This document shows, piece after piece, positions 30,250 to 39,855 of a stretch of 52,070 nt of DNA. Every line of letters starts with the position of its first letter. Position 1 is the first letter of the stretch. The notes beneath the pieces were generated by a model, which was not told where the DNA came from, did no database searches, and saw only the letters and a list, made by a program, of their open reading frames with translations. A program made the translations under genes and the position numbers. The stretch lies in the NCBI GenBank assembly GCA_002788755.1, contig PFRW01000050.1:1-52070 (forward strand), in the 5' to 3' direction. This stretch comes from Candidatus Peregrinibacteria bacterium CG_4_9_14_0_2_um_filter_41_14 (lineage in GTDB: Bacteria > Patescibacteriota > Gracilibacteria > UBA1369 > UM-FILTER-41-14).

Positions 30250-31839
30250 TTAATCTTTTTTGATGATAATTAGGGTCATATCATCTTTTTGTTCAAACTT
30301 ACCACGAAAATCATTGACGTCTTTAAAAGTGGCTTTTTGAATGGCGTCAGCTGTTTTAAGTTCGCCATACTTACTAAATGTTTCAGTTAGACGTTCCATA
30401 CCATATGTATCTTTTTCGTTTTGCCAGGCTTCGGGGAGACCATCACTGTAAAGCATGATGGCATCACCTTTTTTTAGGTCGAGCTCAACCTCTTCCAGTT
30501 GATCGTGAATTTCGGGGAGCATGCCAAGGGCAATGCCGCCGGGGGCAGTGAGATCCACTGTTTTGTCGGCTGTGTTGTATTTAAGAATTTGTTCGTGACC
30601 GGCGTTTACGTAGCTTAGTTTTTTCTTTTGAAAATCATATTTTACTAAGGCAAGGGTAATAAAAATGGCACCGCTGGTTTTGGCCTTTAGCGTAACGTTT
30701 ACTTTGGCCAGTAATTTAACGGGGTCCGGCTCTTCCGGTGCAAGCATGGCGATCATAGCGTTGGCGGTTGTGGAAAGCAGACCGGCAGAAATACCGTGGC
30801 CCGTCACATCGCCTAAATAGCAGTACAAATAATTACCTTTTTCGTTATCAATTCTAATTAGATCATACACGTCACCACTCACACCGGCGGCGGGAACTAA
30901 TTCGGCAGAAACATCGATCTGTTCAAAATCGGGAATATCTTTTGGTAATAGGGCTTGTTGGATTTTGGTAGCAAGTTCGATTTCCTTTTGGGTTTTTTCT
31001 TGATAGACGCGGGCTTCAATTCCTTTTTTGAGGTCGGTGGCCATTTGATTGACAGCTTTGGCCAAGATGCCCACTTCGTCTTTTGACTTAATTTGGGCGC
31101 GTTGGTCTAAATTACCTTGTGCAATATCTTCTACAATTTTGGTGAGCTTGCGTAAAGGACGGGCGATTGTGCCGGCAAATAAAAGGCCGATTAAAATACT
31201 AAATAAGATGGCAGCAAGCGCAACCATACCAATATTTATGGCTGCCTGCTGAAGACGAGTCCATAAATTTAAATAAGAAACATTGTAGGCAACGGCATAA
31301 GTATTGGAGACCGGATAAACAATATTTGCGATCTGGAAATTTTGTGGATTTGGTTGTGTTAAAAAGGGAATGCCTTCTTTGCTAACAAAGTGGTATTGGC
31401 CGGTGTCTGCTTTTTCCAGGTAATAAACTTCACCCAAAATAGTTTTAAGGGATGGGTTTTGGGCTTGAATACGTTCTTGATACACAGGATCGGTTATGTT
31501 CTCTCTACTTGGGCCTTTGTATTGCTCCTCTTTTTCGGTGGTGCTGTTGTATAAAAGTTTGCCACTGTAATCGTACACTTCTACGCCTAATACATCGCTA
31601 TTTTTGCGTAATAAATCTTTCATTTGCGGATTGAACAACACAAAACTCTCGGATGGCAAATATTCTCCGACAAGAGTGGCCATTCTGCTGGCGGTCAGTT
31701 CCGAAAAATTGCGAGCATTTAAATAAATATCGTTACTGATTTCCTGCTTATTTTGGTAAATTAAAACAGCGGCGGTCGCAGAGATAGACAAAACGATAAG
31801 TGTTGTCAGCAAGAGGCTGATTTGAGAACGTAGTTTCAT
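30250..31839 (-). CDS. membrane sensor phosphatase: extracytoplasmic domain, HAMP, PP2C/SpoIIE
   Basis: TM1 LLLTTLIVLSISATAAVLI, a ~170-aa outside domain and a second TM helix. HAMP domain (RPLRKLTKIVEDIAQGNLDQRAQIKSKDEVGILAKAVNQMATDL). SpoIIE motifs GDVYDL, LGDVTGHGISAG and LYSDGLPE. Confidence 0.82.
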   Translation of the reverse strand: MKLRSQISLLLTTLIVLSISATAAVLIYQNKQEISNDIYLNARNFSELTASRMATLVGEYLPSESFVLFNPQMKDLLRKNSDVLGVEVYDYSGKLLYNSTTEKEEQYKGPSRENITDPVYQERIQAQNPSLKTILGEVYYLEKADTGQYHFVSKEGIPFLTQPNPQNFQIANIVYPVSNTYAVAYNVSYLNLWTRLQQAAINIGMVALAAILFSILIGLLFAGTIARPLRKLTKIVEDIAQGNLDQRAQIKSKDEVGILAKAVNQMATDLKKGIEARVYQEKTQKEIELATKIQQALLPKDIPDFEQIDVSAELVPAAGVSGDVYDLIRIDNEKGNYLYCYLGDVTGHGISAGLLSTTANAMIAMLAPEEPDPVKLLAKVNVTLKAKTSGAIFITLALVKYDFQKKKLSYVNAGHEQILKYNTADKTVDLTAPGGIALGMLPEIHDQLEEVELDLKKGDAIMLYSDGLPEAWQNEKDTYGMERLTETFSKYGELKTADAIQKATFKDVNDFRGKFEQKDDMTLIIIKKD

Positions 31840-31855
31840 AAGTCAGATCATATAT

Positions 31856-33325
31856 TTATTTTGAGATCGCTTCAACTAAAACTATACTGTCCAACCTAAC
31901 TGGCACTTTGTATCCATTACGAGTAATATAGGGGAATCGCCCATAAAATAGAGGGATTCCGTAGGGATCTTTAAAACTGATGATCGACATTAGCTCTTGC
32001 AATATTGTCAATCGTGCTTGTTCTTCGTAGGTTGTGTTTAAATTGGCAAGCAGTTTATCGACTTCAGAATTGTGATATTGTGACACATTGTATTTAAGTG
32101 ATTTAAAAATTGTATTTAGAAAGTTTGTGCCTGTACCAAGATCACTACGCCAGCCTAAAAAGAGCAACTGTACGTCTTCCACCATGTAACTATCAAAAAT
32201 CTGATCTTGCTCAACTAAGTAAGCTTCGGCATTAAGGCCTAAGGCATTAAGTTCGTGTTCTAAATCCAAACCAAATAAACTTAATGTGGGCGGTACGGCA
32301 AAGCGTATTAACTGACCGTTAAGGCCAAGCTCTGTTGTTAGGGCTTTGCGCTCTTCAAAATTCTTGAGTTGAGGAACAATACTGGGGTTATATCCTAAAA
32401 CTCCCGAACTAACAAATTGTGCGGCAGGCGTACCTTGTCCAGATGTCAACTCCTCCATTTGTTCATATGGCCAAACCTGTAAAAGTTTTTGACGATTTTG
32501 AGCTGATGACCAAAAAGAGTTAGCGGGATTCCAAATAAAGAAACTAACGGTCAAATCCGGTTGAGACCTTAATGTAAAATTACTGTCCGCCAGCTGTTCA
32601 CTTAAATCGACAGAAAAAGGTAAAACGGCAACGACGTCTGTGCTGCTTTTGGCTGTTTCAAAACGGGCATCTTTATCGAAGACCGATTGATAGCTAATGT
32701 TTGGAATTAACGGCGGGTTATTCCAGTGTTTTGCAAACGCTTTGTAGTTAACTTGGTTGCTAGTTTTACTAACAAATTGATAGGGGCCGGTGCCGTTAGG
32801 GGCTTCGGCAAGGGCAGCTAGATTAGTAGTACTAATGATTGGTACTTGCGTTAATTTCCGGAAAAATTCCGGATCCGGCTCATTTAATTTAAAAGTTACG
32901 GTTTCGGGAGCATTAGTTTCGATCCTCTTAATATTTTCAATTAAATCAACCAAATGTGGACTGCGGGTTTTTTGAATAGTGTCAAAAGTTTGCTTAATAT
33001 GATCCAACGTTAAATCGGTACCATCGTGAAATTTAACGTTACTACGGATTTTAAACTGCCATGTTATTTCATCAACCTTACCAAAAGTGTAAGCCAGTTG
33101 TGGTTGGATTTTTAATTGATCATTAAAATCGACCAGCCGCTCGTAAATCGGATGTAAATACTGGCGGTCAATAGCAACTACGGAATAAGGGTCGAGCGAA
33201 TTAAGCGGCTCGGCAACTAAAACTTTGGCGGACTTTAAGGTGGCGGCGGAACCGTTGCTGCTAAAAAGACTGCAGCCACTAAGTAAAAAGGTTAGGCATA
33301 AAAGGATGGCGATTATTTTTTTCAT
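31856..33325 (-). CDS. family-5 (peptide/nickel type) solute-binding lipoprotein, orphan
   Basis: Lipobox LLSGCS. Its length (489 aa) and bilobal SBP_bac_5-like sequence fit the family (..GTGPYQFVS.. region). I see no permease or ATPase genes nearby. Confidence 0.7.
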   Translation of the reverse strand: MKKIIAILLCLTFLLSGCSLFSSNGSAATLKSAKVLVAEPLNSLDPYSVVAIDRQYLHPIYERLVDFNDQLKIQPQLAYTFGKVDEITWQFKIRSNVKFHDGTDLTLDHIKQTFDTIQKTRSPHLVDLIENIKRIETNAPETVTFKLNEPDPEFFRKLTQVPIISTTNLAALAEAPNGTGPYQFVSKTSNQVNYKAFAKHWNNPPLIPNISYQSVFDKDARFETAKSSTDVVAVLPFSVDLSEQLADSNFTLRSQPDLTVSFFIWNPANSFWSSAQNRQKLLQVWPYEQMEELTSGQGTPAAQFVSSGVLGYNPSIVPQLKNFEERKALTTELGLNGQLIRFAVPPTLSLFGLDLEHELNALGLNAEAYLVEQDQIFDSYMVEDVQLLFLGWRSDLGTGTNFLNTIFKSLKYNVSQYHNSEVDKLLANLNTTYEEQARLTILQELMSIISFKDPYGIPLFYGRFPYITRNGYKVPVRLDSIVLVEAISK

Positions 33326-33339
33326 ATTTGTTTTTATGA

Positions 33340-34677
33340 TTAGGAATTGCGAAGATTTTGCATCATTTTAATCTTTGCCTGTAAGATGGCACCGCTACCA
33401 ATATCGGTGCGGTATTCGATTGGACCTTCGATTTGCCCAAGGCCGGTTAGGGCTTGTTCTCGTGCTTCTTCAATTGTTGCGCCCATGCCCACAAATGCAA
33501 TGGCGCGTGATCCAGACATTTCCAGTTCATAATATGCATCAGTTTCGTTGAGAAGATTAACTGAGGCAAAATAAACTTTGGCGGGATAATCCCCTTTGTT
33601 AAGTTTAATGATTGCACCTTTTTGCGGATTTTCGGGGTACCCTTTTGGTACGGCGTAAACGCAAACGGTCGCTTGTTTTGTAAATTCGGCAGGAAACTTA
33701 TTGAGATCTCCTGCTAAAATCGCTTCGCACAGTTCCACAAAATCGTCTTTAAGAAGGTTGAGCAGATTCATTGCTTCCGGGTCACCAAAGCGAGCGTTGT
33801 ACTCAATAACGCGAACACCATTGCTGGTTACCATAAAGCCACCGTAAAGGACGCCGGTAAAGGGGGTGCCGGTTTCGGTTTTAACGGCTTTAAGAATTTG
33901 TTGATTGATTTGGCGAGCGTCTTGCAAGTCGTTTGCTTCCAAAAAGGGGAGGCTGCCATCGCTATCGCTATAAGTGCCCATACCACCTGTGTTGGGGCCC
34001 TCGTCGCCGTTGTAAGCGCGCTTATGATCTTGAACGGCGGGAAATGTATATAAGTTTTCACCATCGGCTAATGCAAGCAAGCTGAACTCTTGACCAACTA
34101 ACTTTTCTTCAATTACAACACGATCGCAGTCGGCTAAACACTCTTCGGCAAAGGCAACGCCTGCGTTAATATCTGGTAAATGTTCACCGGACAACTTCAC
34201 GCCTTTTCCACCTAAAAGGCCGTCATATTTAATAACAAAATTGCCACCAAGTTCATCGGCTAAAAAGGCGCTGATGCCGTCGGCATTGTGAAAAACTTTA
34301 AATTTTGGAAGGCCGGGGATTTGATATTTAGCCATTAACTCCCTCGTAAAGGCTTTGGACGTTTCCAGTTGCGCAGTAATTTTTAAAGGAGCAACAGATC
34401 GTAAATTATTATGTTGAAGTAAAAAATCGCCAAGGCCTTGCCCAATGGGGTCATCGGGGCCGATTACGACAAAGTCAGGACTAACCTCGCTGGCAAAAGC
34501 AGAAATTGCTTCAAAATCACTTGAACTGCCGACTTTGTACTGTATACTTAGTTGCTTAATGCCAGGATTAATAGCTTGTCCAAAAGCATATAGTTCGACT
34601 TGGTGCTTACTATTGATAAGGGCTTCGGCTAGGGCATGCTCGCGGGCACCATTACCAATTAATAAGATTTTTCTCAT
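33340..34677 (-). CDS. purD: phosphoribosylamine-glycine ligase
   Basis: MRKILLIGNGAREHALA N-terminus, ATP-grasp core, GPNTGGMG and IEYNARFGDPE. Confidence 0.92.
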   Translation of the reverse strand: MRKILLIGNGAREHALAEALINSKHQVELYAFGQAINPGIKQLSIQYKVGSSSDFEAISAFASEVSPDFVVIGPDDPIGQGLGDFLLQHNNLRSVAPLKITAQLETSKAFTRELMAKYQIPGLPKFKVFHNADGISAFLADELGGNFVIKYDGLLGGKGVKLSGEHLPDINAGVAFAEECLADCDRVVIEEKLVGQEFSLLALADGENLYTFPAVQDHKRAYNGDEGPNTGGMGTYSDSDGSLPFLEANDLQDARQINQQILKAVKTETGTPFTGVLYGGFMVTSNGVRVIEYNARFGDPEAMNLLNLLKDDFVELCEAILAGDLNKFPAEFTKQATVCVYAVPKGYPENPQKGAIIKLNKGDYPAKVYFASVNLLNETDAYYELEMSGSRAIAFVGMGATIEEAREQALTGLGQIEGPIEYRTDIGSGAILQAKIKMMQNLRNS

Positions 34678-36143
34678 AAAAGCTGCATTTTAAGGTCTTT
34701 GTCTCCTTTTTCGATGGCCATATTTTCCAAGTACGCTTCTGTAATTTCGGGAGTTGGATAGTTGCCGTCGAAACAGGCTGTACAAAATTTTCGATTAATT
34801 GATTTTGGTGGTTTGACACTTTCGATAAGATCGTCTAGGTCTTGGTAAAAGACGGCGTCCGCTTTAATGGATTTTGCAATTTCTGCAACACTCAAATTGT
34901 TAGCAACAAACTCGGATTTTGTTGGCATATCCACACCGTACATACAGGGGAATTTTAATGGTGGCGCACATGAGGCAAAATAGACTTTTTCGGCACCTTG
35001 CTCACGCACTAGTTCAACTATTTTACGAGAAGTATTACCCCGCACAATACTATCGTCCACAATTAAAACTTTCTTTCCTTTTAATTCTAAAGGGATTGGA
35101 TTGAGCTTACGTCGGATTGATTTTTGGCGTTCGGCTTGAACAGGCATAATAAAGGTACGGCCAATATACCGATTTTTAATTAAACCTTCACGGTATTTGA
35201 CTCCTAGTGCGTATGCAAGCGTTACGGCAGCTGTACGTGCTGTATCTGGTACCGGAATAACAACATCGATTTCGATGCCGGAATCTTTAATTTTCTTAGC
35301 TAGTTGCTCCCCCATTCTTAATCTTGACTTATAAACACTAACGTTATCCATTAATGAGTCAGGCCGCGCTAGGTAGACATATTCAAAAATGCATGCGCGG
35401 TGTTCGATTTTTTCGGCGCAAATTTGCTTGTGGACTTTCTTATTTTCATCAATATAGATTACTTCTCCCGGTTGAATATCTTCAACAACTTCAAAACCGT
35501 TGCTGGTTAGGGCAACACTTTCGGACGCAATCATGTATTCAACGCCACCTGTGGCAGTTTGTCTTTTACCGTAAATTAGCGGACGGATGCCGTGCGGGTC
35601 TCTAAAGGCAAACATCCCCTGCCCCGCAATTAGACCAATTACAGAGTAACTGCCGGTGAGGCGCTTGTAGACATTTTTCATAACTCCAAAGAAAACATCG
35701 GGAGCGAGTTGTCGTTCGGCATCGGTCTGTAGCTCATGTCCTAACACATTTAAGAGCATTTCGGAGTCGGAACTACTGTTTAAATAGCGGTTATCTTCTT
35801 CGGTAATGATGTGCTTGAGTTCGTTATAGTTTGTTAAATTACCATTATGAATAAGGGCAATTCCGTATGGCGAATTAATAATAAAAGGCTGAGCCGCCGT
35901 AGGATCCATATTTCCCGCAGTGCGATAACGTACATGCCCAATACCAATTGCCCCAGTTAAATGATTAAACGAGTCCGGTGTAATAACATCCGACACAAGT
36001 CCATTGTCCTTTTTCAGATGGAAGTGTCCGTCGTACGTCACAATGCCGGCGGCGTCCTGTCCTCTGTGTTGAAGCATGAGTAGTGCTTCGTAAATGTCAA
36101 AAACGACATTGTCTTCCCCATGAATACCAACGATTCCACACAT
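34674..36143 (-). CDS. purF: amidophosphoribosyltransferase
   Basis: Ntn nucleophile MCGIVGI, PRPP loop VLIVDDSIVRGNTS and C-terminal Cys ligands. Confidence 0.95.
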   Translation of the reverse strand: MCGIVGIHGEDNVVFDIYEALLMLQHRGQDAAGIVTYDGHFHLKKDNGLVSDVITPDSFNHLTGAIGIGHVRYRTAGNMDPTAAQPFIINSPYGIALIHNGNLTNYNELKHIITEEDNRYLNSSSDSEMLLNVLGHELQTDAERQLAPDVFFGVMKNVYKRLTGSYSVIGLIAGQGMFAFRDPHGIRPLIYGKRQTATGGVEYMIASESVALTSNGFEVVEDIQPGEVIYIDENKKVHKQICAEKIEHRACIFEYVYLARPDSLMDNVSVYKSRLRMGEQLAKKIKDSGIEIDVVIPVPDTARTAAVTLAYALGVKYREGLIKNRYIGRTFIMPVQAERQKSIRRKLNPIPLELKGKKVLIVDDSIVRGNTSRKIVELVREQGAEKVYFASCAPPLKFPCMYGVDMPTKSEFVANNLSVAEIAKSIKADAVFYQDLDDLIESVKPPKSINRKFCTACFDGNYPTPEITEAYLENMAIEKGDKDLKMQLL

Positions 36144-36152
36144 AATAAAGGA

Positions 36153-37010
36153 TTAAGATTGATTATTTTGTCGCTTTGCTGCAATGACAACGTTCTCCAT
36201 TAAACAAGCAACCGTCATGGGTCCTGCGCCGCCGGGAACGGGCGTAATGTAGCTGGCTTTTTTCGCAATTTCGTCAAAATCAACATCGCCGCATAGTTTG
36301 CCATCTACACGATTGCAGCCAATATCAACAACAACGGCGCCGTCTTTAACCATGTCGGCGGTAATTAGATTGGGTCGGCCAACGGCCACAATTAAAATAT
36401 CGGCACGTTTGGTGTTGGCAGCTAAATCTTTTGTATGAATGTGGCAAGTGGTCACGGTTGCGTCTCGATTTAGCATCATAATGGTCATTGGTTTGCCAAC
36501 AATATTACTATGCCCAACTACGGTTACATCTTGGCCCTCAATTGGTAAGTTATAGTACTCAAGCATTTTAATAACGCCTTTTGGGGTGCAAGGTACAAGC
36601 CCTTCAAACTCTTTACTTAAAAACATTTTGCCAACGTTGTAAGCATGAAAACCGTCGACATCTTTGTCGGGGTTAATTCTTTTTAATAAAACAGGAACAT
36701 TGAGGTGCTGTGGTAATGGTAGCTGAATTAAGATGCCGTGAATTTCGGGATTGGTGTTGAGTTCGTCGATTTTGGCTTCTAGTACTGCTTGTTCTACAGT
36801 GCTTGCATACGAAATCTGCTCCCACAAAACGCCGGTAGCTTCACAACTTTTCTCTTTTTGACGAACATAGCTTAAAGATCCCAAATCTTCGCCAACTAAA
36901 ATTACGGCCAACTTAGGGTGAATATGTTCCGCTTGCAATGCCTCTACATCTTTTTGCACTGTGGCGAGAACAGAGTCGCTAACGAGTCGACCATCAAGAA
37001 TATTGGCCAT
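36153..37010 (-). CDS. folD: bifunctional methylenetetrahydrofolate dehydrogenase/cyclohydrolase
   Basis: MANILDGRL start at the ATG at 37010 (the track start 37022 is TTG). YVRQKEK and TPVPGGAGPMTVACLMEN motifs. Confidence 0.95.
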   Translation of the reverse strand: MANILDGRLVSDSVLATVQKDVEALQAEHIHPKLAVILVGEDLGSLSYVRQKEKSCEATGVLWEQISYASTVEQAVLEAKIDELNTNPEIHGILIQLPLPQHLNVPVLLKRINPDKDVDGFHAYNVGKMFLSKEFEGLVPCTPKGVIKMLEYYNLPIEGQDVTVVGHSNIVGKPMTIMMLNRDATVTTCHIHTKDLAANTKRADILIVAVGRPNLITADMVKDGAVVVDIGCNRVDGKLCGDVDFDEIAKKASYITPVPGGAGPMTVACLMENVVIAAKRQNNQS

Positions 37011-37104
37011 AGGCTTAATCAATATTATTACACAGCCAATTTACAAGCTTAATTGCACTTTGGCAACCGGTAATGCTATATTGTGGTCAAAATTAACAAA
37101 AATT

Positions 37105-37689
37105 ATGTTTATCACTTTTTATGGGATTAATAACATTGGAAAAACGACACACGCTAAACGTTTTGCACAAAGATGCGAAGAACTTGCCGGCCTAAAAGTA
37201 AAATATCTAAAATTCCCACTTTACGACCTCCCTCCCTCCGGCCCCTTTTTAAACGAGCAACTCCGTGGCGATGCCGGCCAAACAGTAACAGAGGAAGAAT
37301 TGCAAACCTGGTTTGTTGTAAACCGATGGCAACACCAACCGCAACTAATGCGTGACCTTGCCGAATACGACGTTGTTGTTGCCGAAGATTATGTGCAAAC
37401 CGGCATTGCCTGGGGCACTGCTAAAGGCGCATCTGAAGAGTGGCTGGAGGCGATTAATGCTCCCCTGCTTAAAGAGGATGTTAGTGTTTTAATGCTTGGG
37501 GAACGCAGCAAGGATGCAATGGAAGAACAACATGTGCATGAAACTAACGATGAATTGATCGCTAAATGCGATGAGGTACTCCGCCGCAGGGCCAGCCGAT
37601 TAGGCTGGCTGACAGTAGAAGTGCAGCCGGAGAAGGATGATACGGAGGCGTTGGTTTGGGAGATGTTGAAGGGAAAGCTTGGGGCTTAA
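37105..37689 (+). CDS. thymidylate-kinase-like P-loop nucleotide kinase
   Basis: FITFYGINNIGKTTHAKRF is a P-loop of EG.DG.GKTT type. AEDYVQTGIAWG occupies the place of the Tmk DRY...AYQ motif. The track ORF from GTG 36961 overlaps folD and is rejected in favour of the ATG at 37105. Confidence 0.55.
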   Translation: MFITFYGINNIGKTTHAKRFAQRCEELAGLKVKYLKFPLYDLPPSGPFLNEQLRGDAGQTVTEEELQTWFVVNRWQHQPQLMRDLAEYDVVVAEDYVQTGIAWGTAKGASEEWLEAINAPLLKEDVSVLMLGERSKDAMEEQHVHETNDELIAKCDEVLRRRASRLGWLTVEVQPEKDDTEALVWEMLKGKLGA

Positions 37690-37740
37690 TTACTAAAATT
37701 GGCTAATTCTGCTATAATTGCTGGATAGTTAATCTGCGAT

Positions 37741-38310
37741 ATGAGTACTACTCCGCAAGTGACTGGCAGTAAGACACCTGATTACCCAGAGGGATCTAAT
37801 CGTCCCGTAGTTGTTGGCGTGCCAATTGAGCTACTTAGAGGGGAGGCAAACGGGCAGGTTGTGGCAGCACTGAATGAACCTCCGGAGCTCCCTACTCTTA
37901 AACTTCAAGCAGTTCAGCGACCCGATCAGCCTACGGAAGCAAAAGTGGATGTTGAAGTCTCGGCAAGCTTGCCGGGTCCTTTTGAAAGCCTGTATCAGAT
38001 ATTAAATCTTACATTTGCGGATACTTTCGATAAATCAGATTTCATGAAGACGGCTATACAACGAGCTGGTATATTGGATAAATTACCGAACAAGAAGATG
38101 AAAAAGGAGTTCTTAATGATGACACTACCTAAACAAAGCCAAATCGACTCCGATGCTTTACTTACGCATTATACTGAGTGCTGGGATTATGCGTTACAAA
38201 ATGAAACTGCACCAGACTTGGAGGAAATATCGCTCTGGTGCGTAATTAAATTACATATCAGTAAATTAGGCATAAGTTATATACCTGCCAGGATACAAAG
38301 AATCTACTGA
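37741..38310 (+). CDS. hypothetical protein (189 aa)
   Basis: ATG-initiated ORF with a Pro-rich N-terminal half. I recognise no motif. Confidence 0.5.
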   Translation: MSTTPQVTGSKTPDYPEGSNRPVVVGVPIELLRGEANGQVVAALNEPPELPTLKLQAVQRPDQPTEAKVDVEVSASLPGPFESLYQILNLTFADTFDKSDFMKTAIQRAGILDKLPNKKMKKEFLMMTLPKQSQIDSDALLTHYTECWDYALQNETAPDLEEISLWCVIKLHISKLGISYIPARIQRIY

Positions 38311-38400
38311 ACGAATTGATAGAATTACTAAAAAGACTTTACGTAATCGACGGAGCCAGTCTAAATGCCATTAGTGTGAAATACATTGCGGGTTGGCCCC

Positions 38401-38829
38401 CTACCCCGTACTCCCAAACCCGCCTCTACTCTCCCCTGCTACCTCGTCACTCTCTACCAGTTGAGGGATGCCGACTTTAACGAAGATGCCTTGGGCAATG
38501 CGTTCGCCGCGGTCGACGGTGACGGTTTCTTTGGTAAAGTTGTAGACTTGGATGCCGAGTTCGTCGGTTTCGCCGCAGTAATCTTGGTCAATAATGCCGA
38601 TAGAGTGTGGCTTCATTAGGCCTTTTTTGCGTGGGGTGGAACTGCGGCTAACTAGCATGAGCATGTAGCCTTCCGGCACTTGCACAATTAAATTGGCGGG
38701 GATAATGGCAATGGCGGCGGGCTCAATTGTTATGCTTGTACGAGCATATAAATCAAAGCCAACGGCGCCTTTGGTGTGAAATTCCGGTAATGGGAGGGAT
38801 TTATCAATCCGTTTAATTTTTACTTGCAT
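38401..38829 (-). CDS. dut: dUTP diphosphatase
   Basis: All five trimeric dUTPase motifs are present: AVGFDL, SRSS, GIIDQDYCGE, RIAQ and RGGFGSTG. Confidence 0.9.
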   Translation of the reverse strand: MQVKIKRIDKSLPLPEFHTKGAVGFDLYARTSITIEPAAIAIIPANLIVQVPEGYMLMLVSRSSTPRKKGLMKPHSIGIIDQDYCGETDELGIQVYNFTKETVTVDRGERIAQGIFVKVGIPQLVESDEVAGESRGGFGSTG

Positions 38830-39790
38830 CTTTTTCGAGTTCTAGAGTTCGATTAAGGGCTTCGAGGGCAACTTCCAGTTGTTGGTCGTTTGGTTCACTC
38901 GTTGTTAGGCGTTGGAACCAAAGTCCCGGCACAACAAACATTCTCACAAAAAAGTTATTACGGTGTTTGGCGCTCAGCTTAAGTGCTTCGTAAGCAATAC
39001 CGGCAATTAGCGGTAGGACAAAGATGCGTTGACCAAACTGAATCCAAAATTCCGGATTGCGGGGAATAAATGTATAAACAACAATACTAATTAAAATGAC
39101 CATAAAAATAAAGCTAGTTCCGCAACGTGGATGAAAACGGGACTGCTTGCGCGCACCATTAACGGTTGTGAGATCTTCATTATTTTCGTAGGCAAAAACG
39201 GATTTATGTTCGGCACCATGGTATTCAAAAACGCGGCCAATGCTGGGGATCATGCTAATACCGGCAATATATAAAACAAAAATTGCGATTTTAATGCCAC
39301 CATCAACCAGGTTGTAGAGAATATCACTTTGTTGAAGCAGTGGGATGTAATTACGTAAAAACTCAGTTGTGTATAATGGCACAAGCTTAAACAGAACGAG
39401 AGCAAAGCCAAGAGCAACGATGATATTTACAACAAACAACACCATACCCCAAATTTCCTTGCCCAGATCGGTTTTGTGCGAATCGATTTCTTCGTCAATT
39501 TTTCGTTTTTGAATAATTTCCTCTTCGGTTTCTACGGCTTCTTCGGCAGATAAATTAATGGACTTCATCCCTAAAATTAACATTTCAACCATATTAACCA
39601 CACCGCGAACAATGGGGATATTTAAAAAGCGCCACCGTTGAATGACACTCTTAAAGGGCCAATCGTGTATTTTGATTGACCCATCTTGTTTACGTACTGC
39701 AATTGCAACGAAGTTGGCTGAGCGCATCATTACCCCTTCTATAAGGGCTTGGCCACCAACGGCAAAATCAAATTTTGGCTTATCTATCAT
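38813..39790 (-). CDS. DUF1385-family membrane protein
   Basis: GGQALIEGVMMRS near the N-terminus and EYHGAEHK are hallmarks of DUF1385. The ATG at 39790 (MIDKPKF...) is preferred over the track TTG at 39817. Confidence 0.8.
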   Translation of the reverse strand: MIDKPKFDFAVGGQALIEGVMMRSANFVAIAVRKQDGSIKIHDWPFKSVIQRWRFLNIPIVRGVVNMVEMLILGMKSINLSAEEAVETEEEIIQKRKIDEEIDSHKTDLGKEIWGMVLFVVNIIVALGFALVLFKLVPLYTTEFLRNYIPLLQQSDILYNLVDGGIKIAIFVLYIAGISMIPSIGRVFEYHGAEHKSVFAYENNEDLTTVNGARKQSRFHPRCGTSFIFMVILISIVVYTFIPRNPEFWIQFGQRIFVLPLIAGIAYEALKLSAKHRNNFFVRMFVVPGLWFQRLTTSEPNDQQLEVALEALNRTLELEKDASKN

Positions 39791-39855
39791 ATTATAAATT
39801 TTTATTAGACTCGCCAAGTAAATTACCTTTCTAAACTTGAGCGGTCAATAAAGAT

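Noticed and set aside
36961-37104. N-terminal 48-codon extension of the Tmk-like ORF, starting at GTG 36961
   Set aside because: It overlaps the 5' end of folD on the other strand. The ATG at 37105 gives the expected position of the P-loop at the N-terminus.
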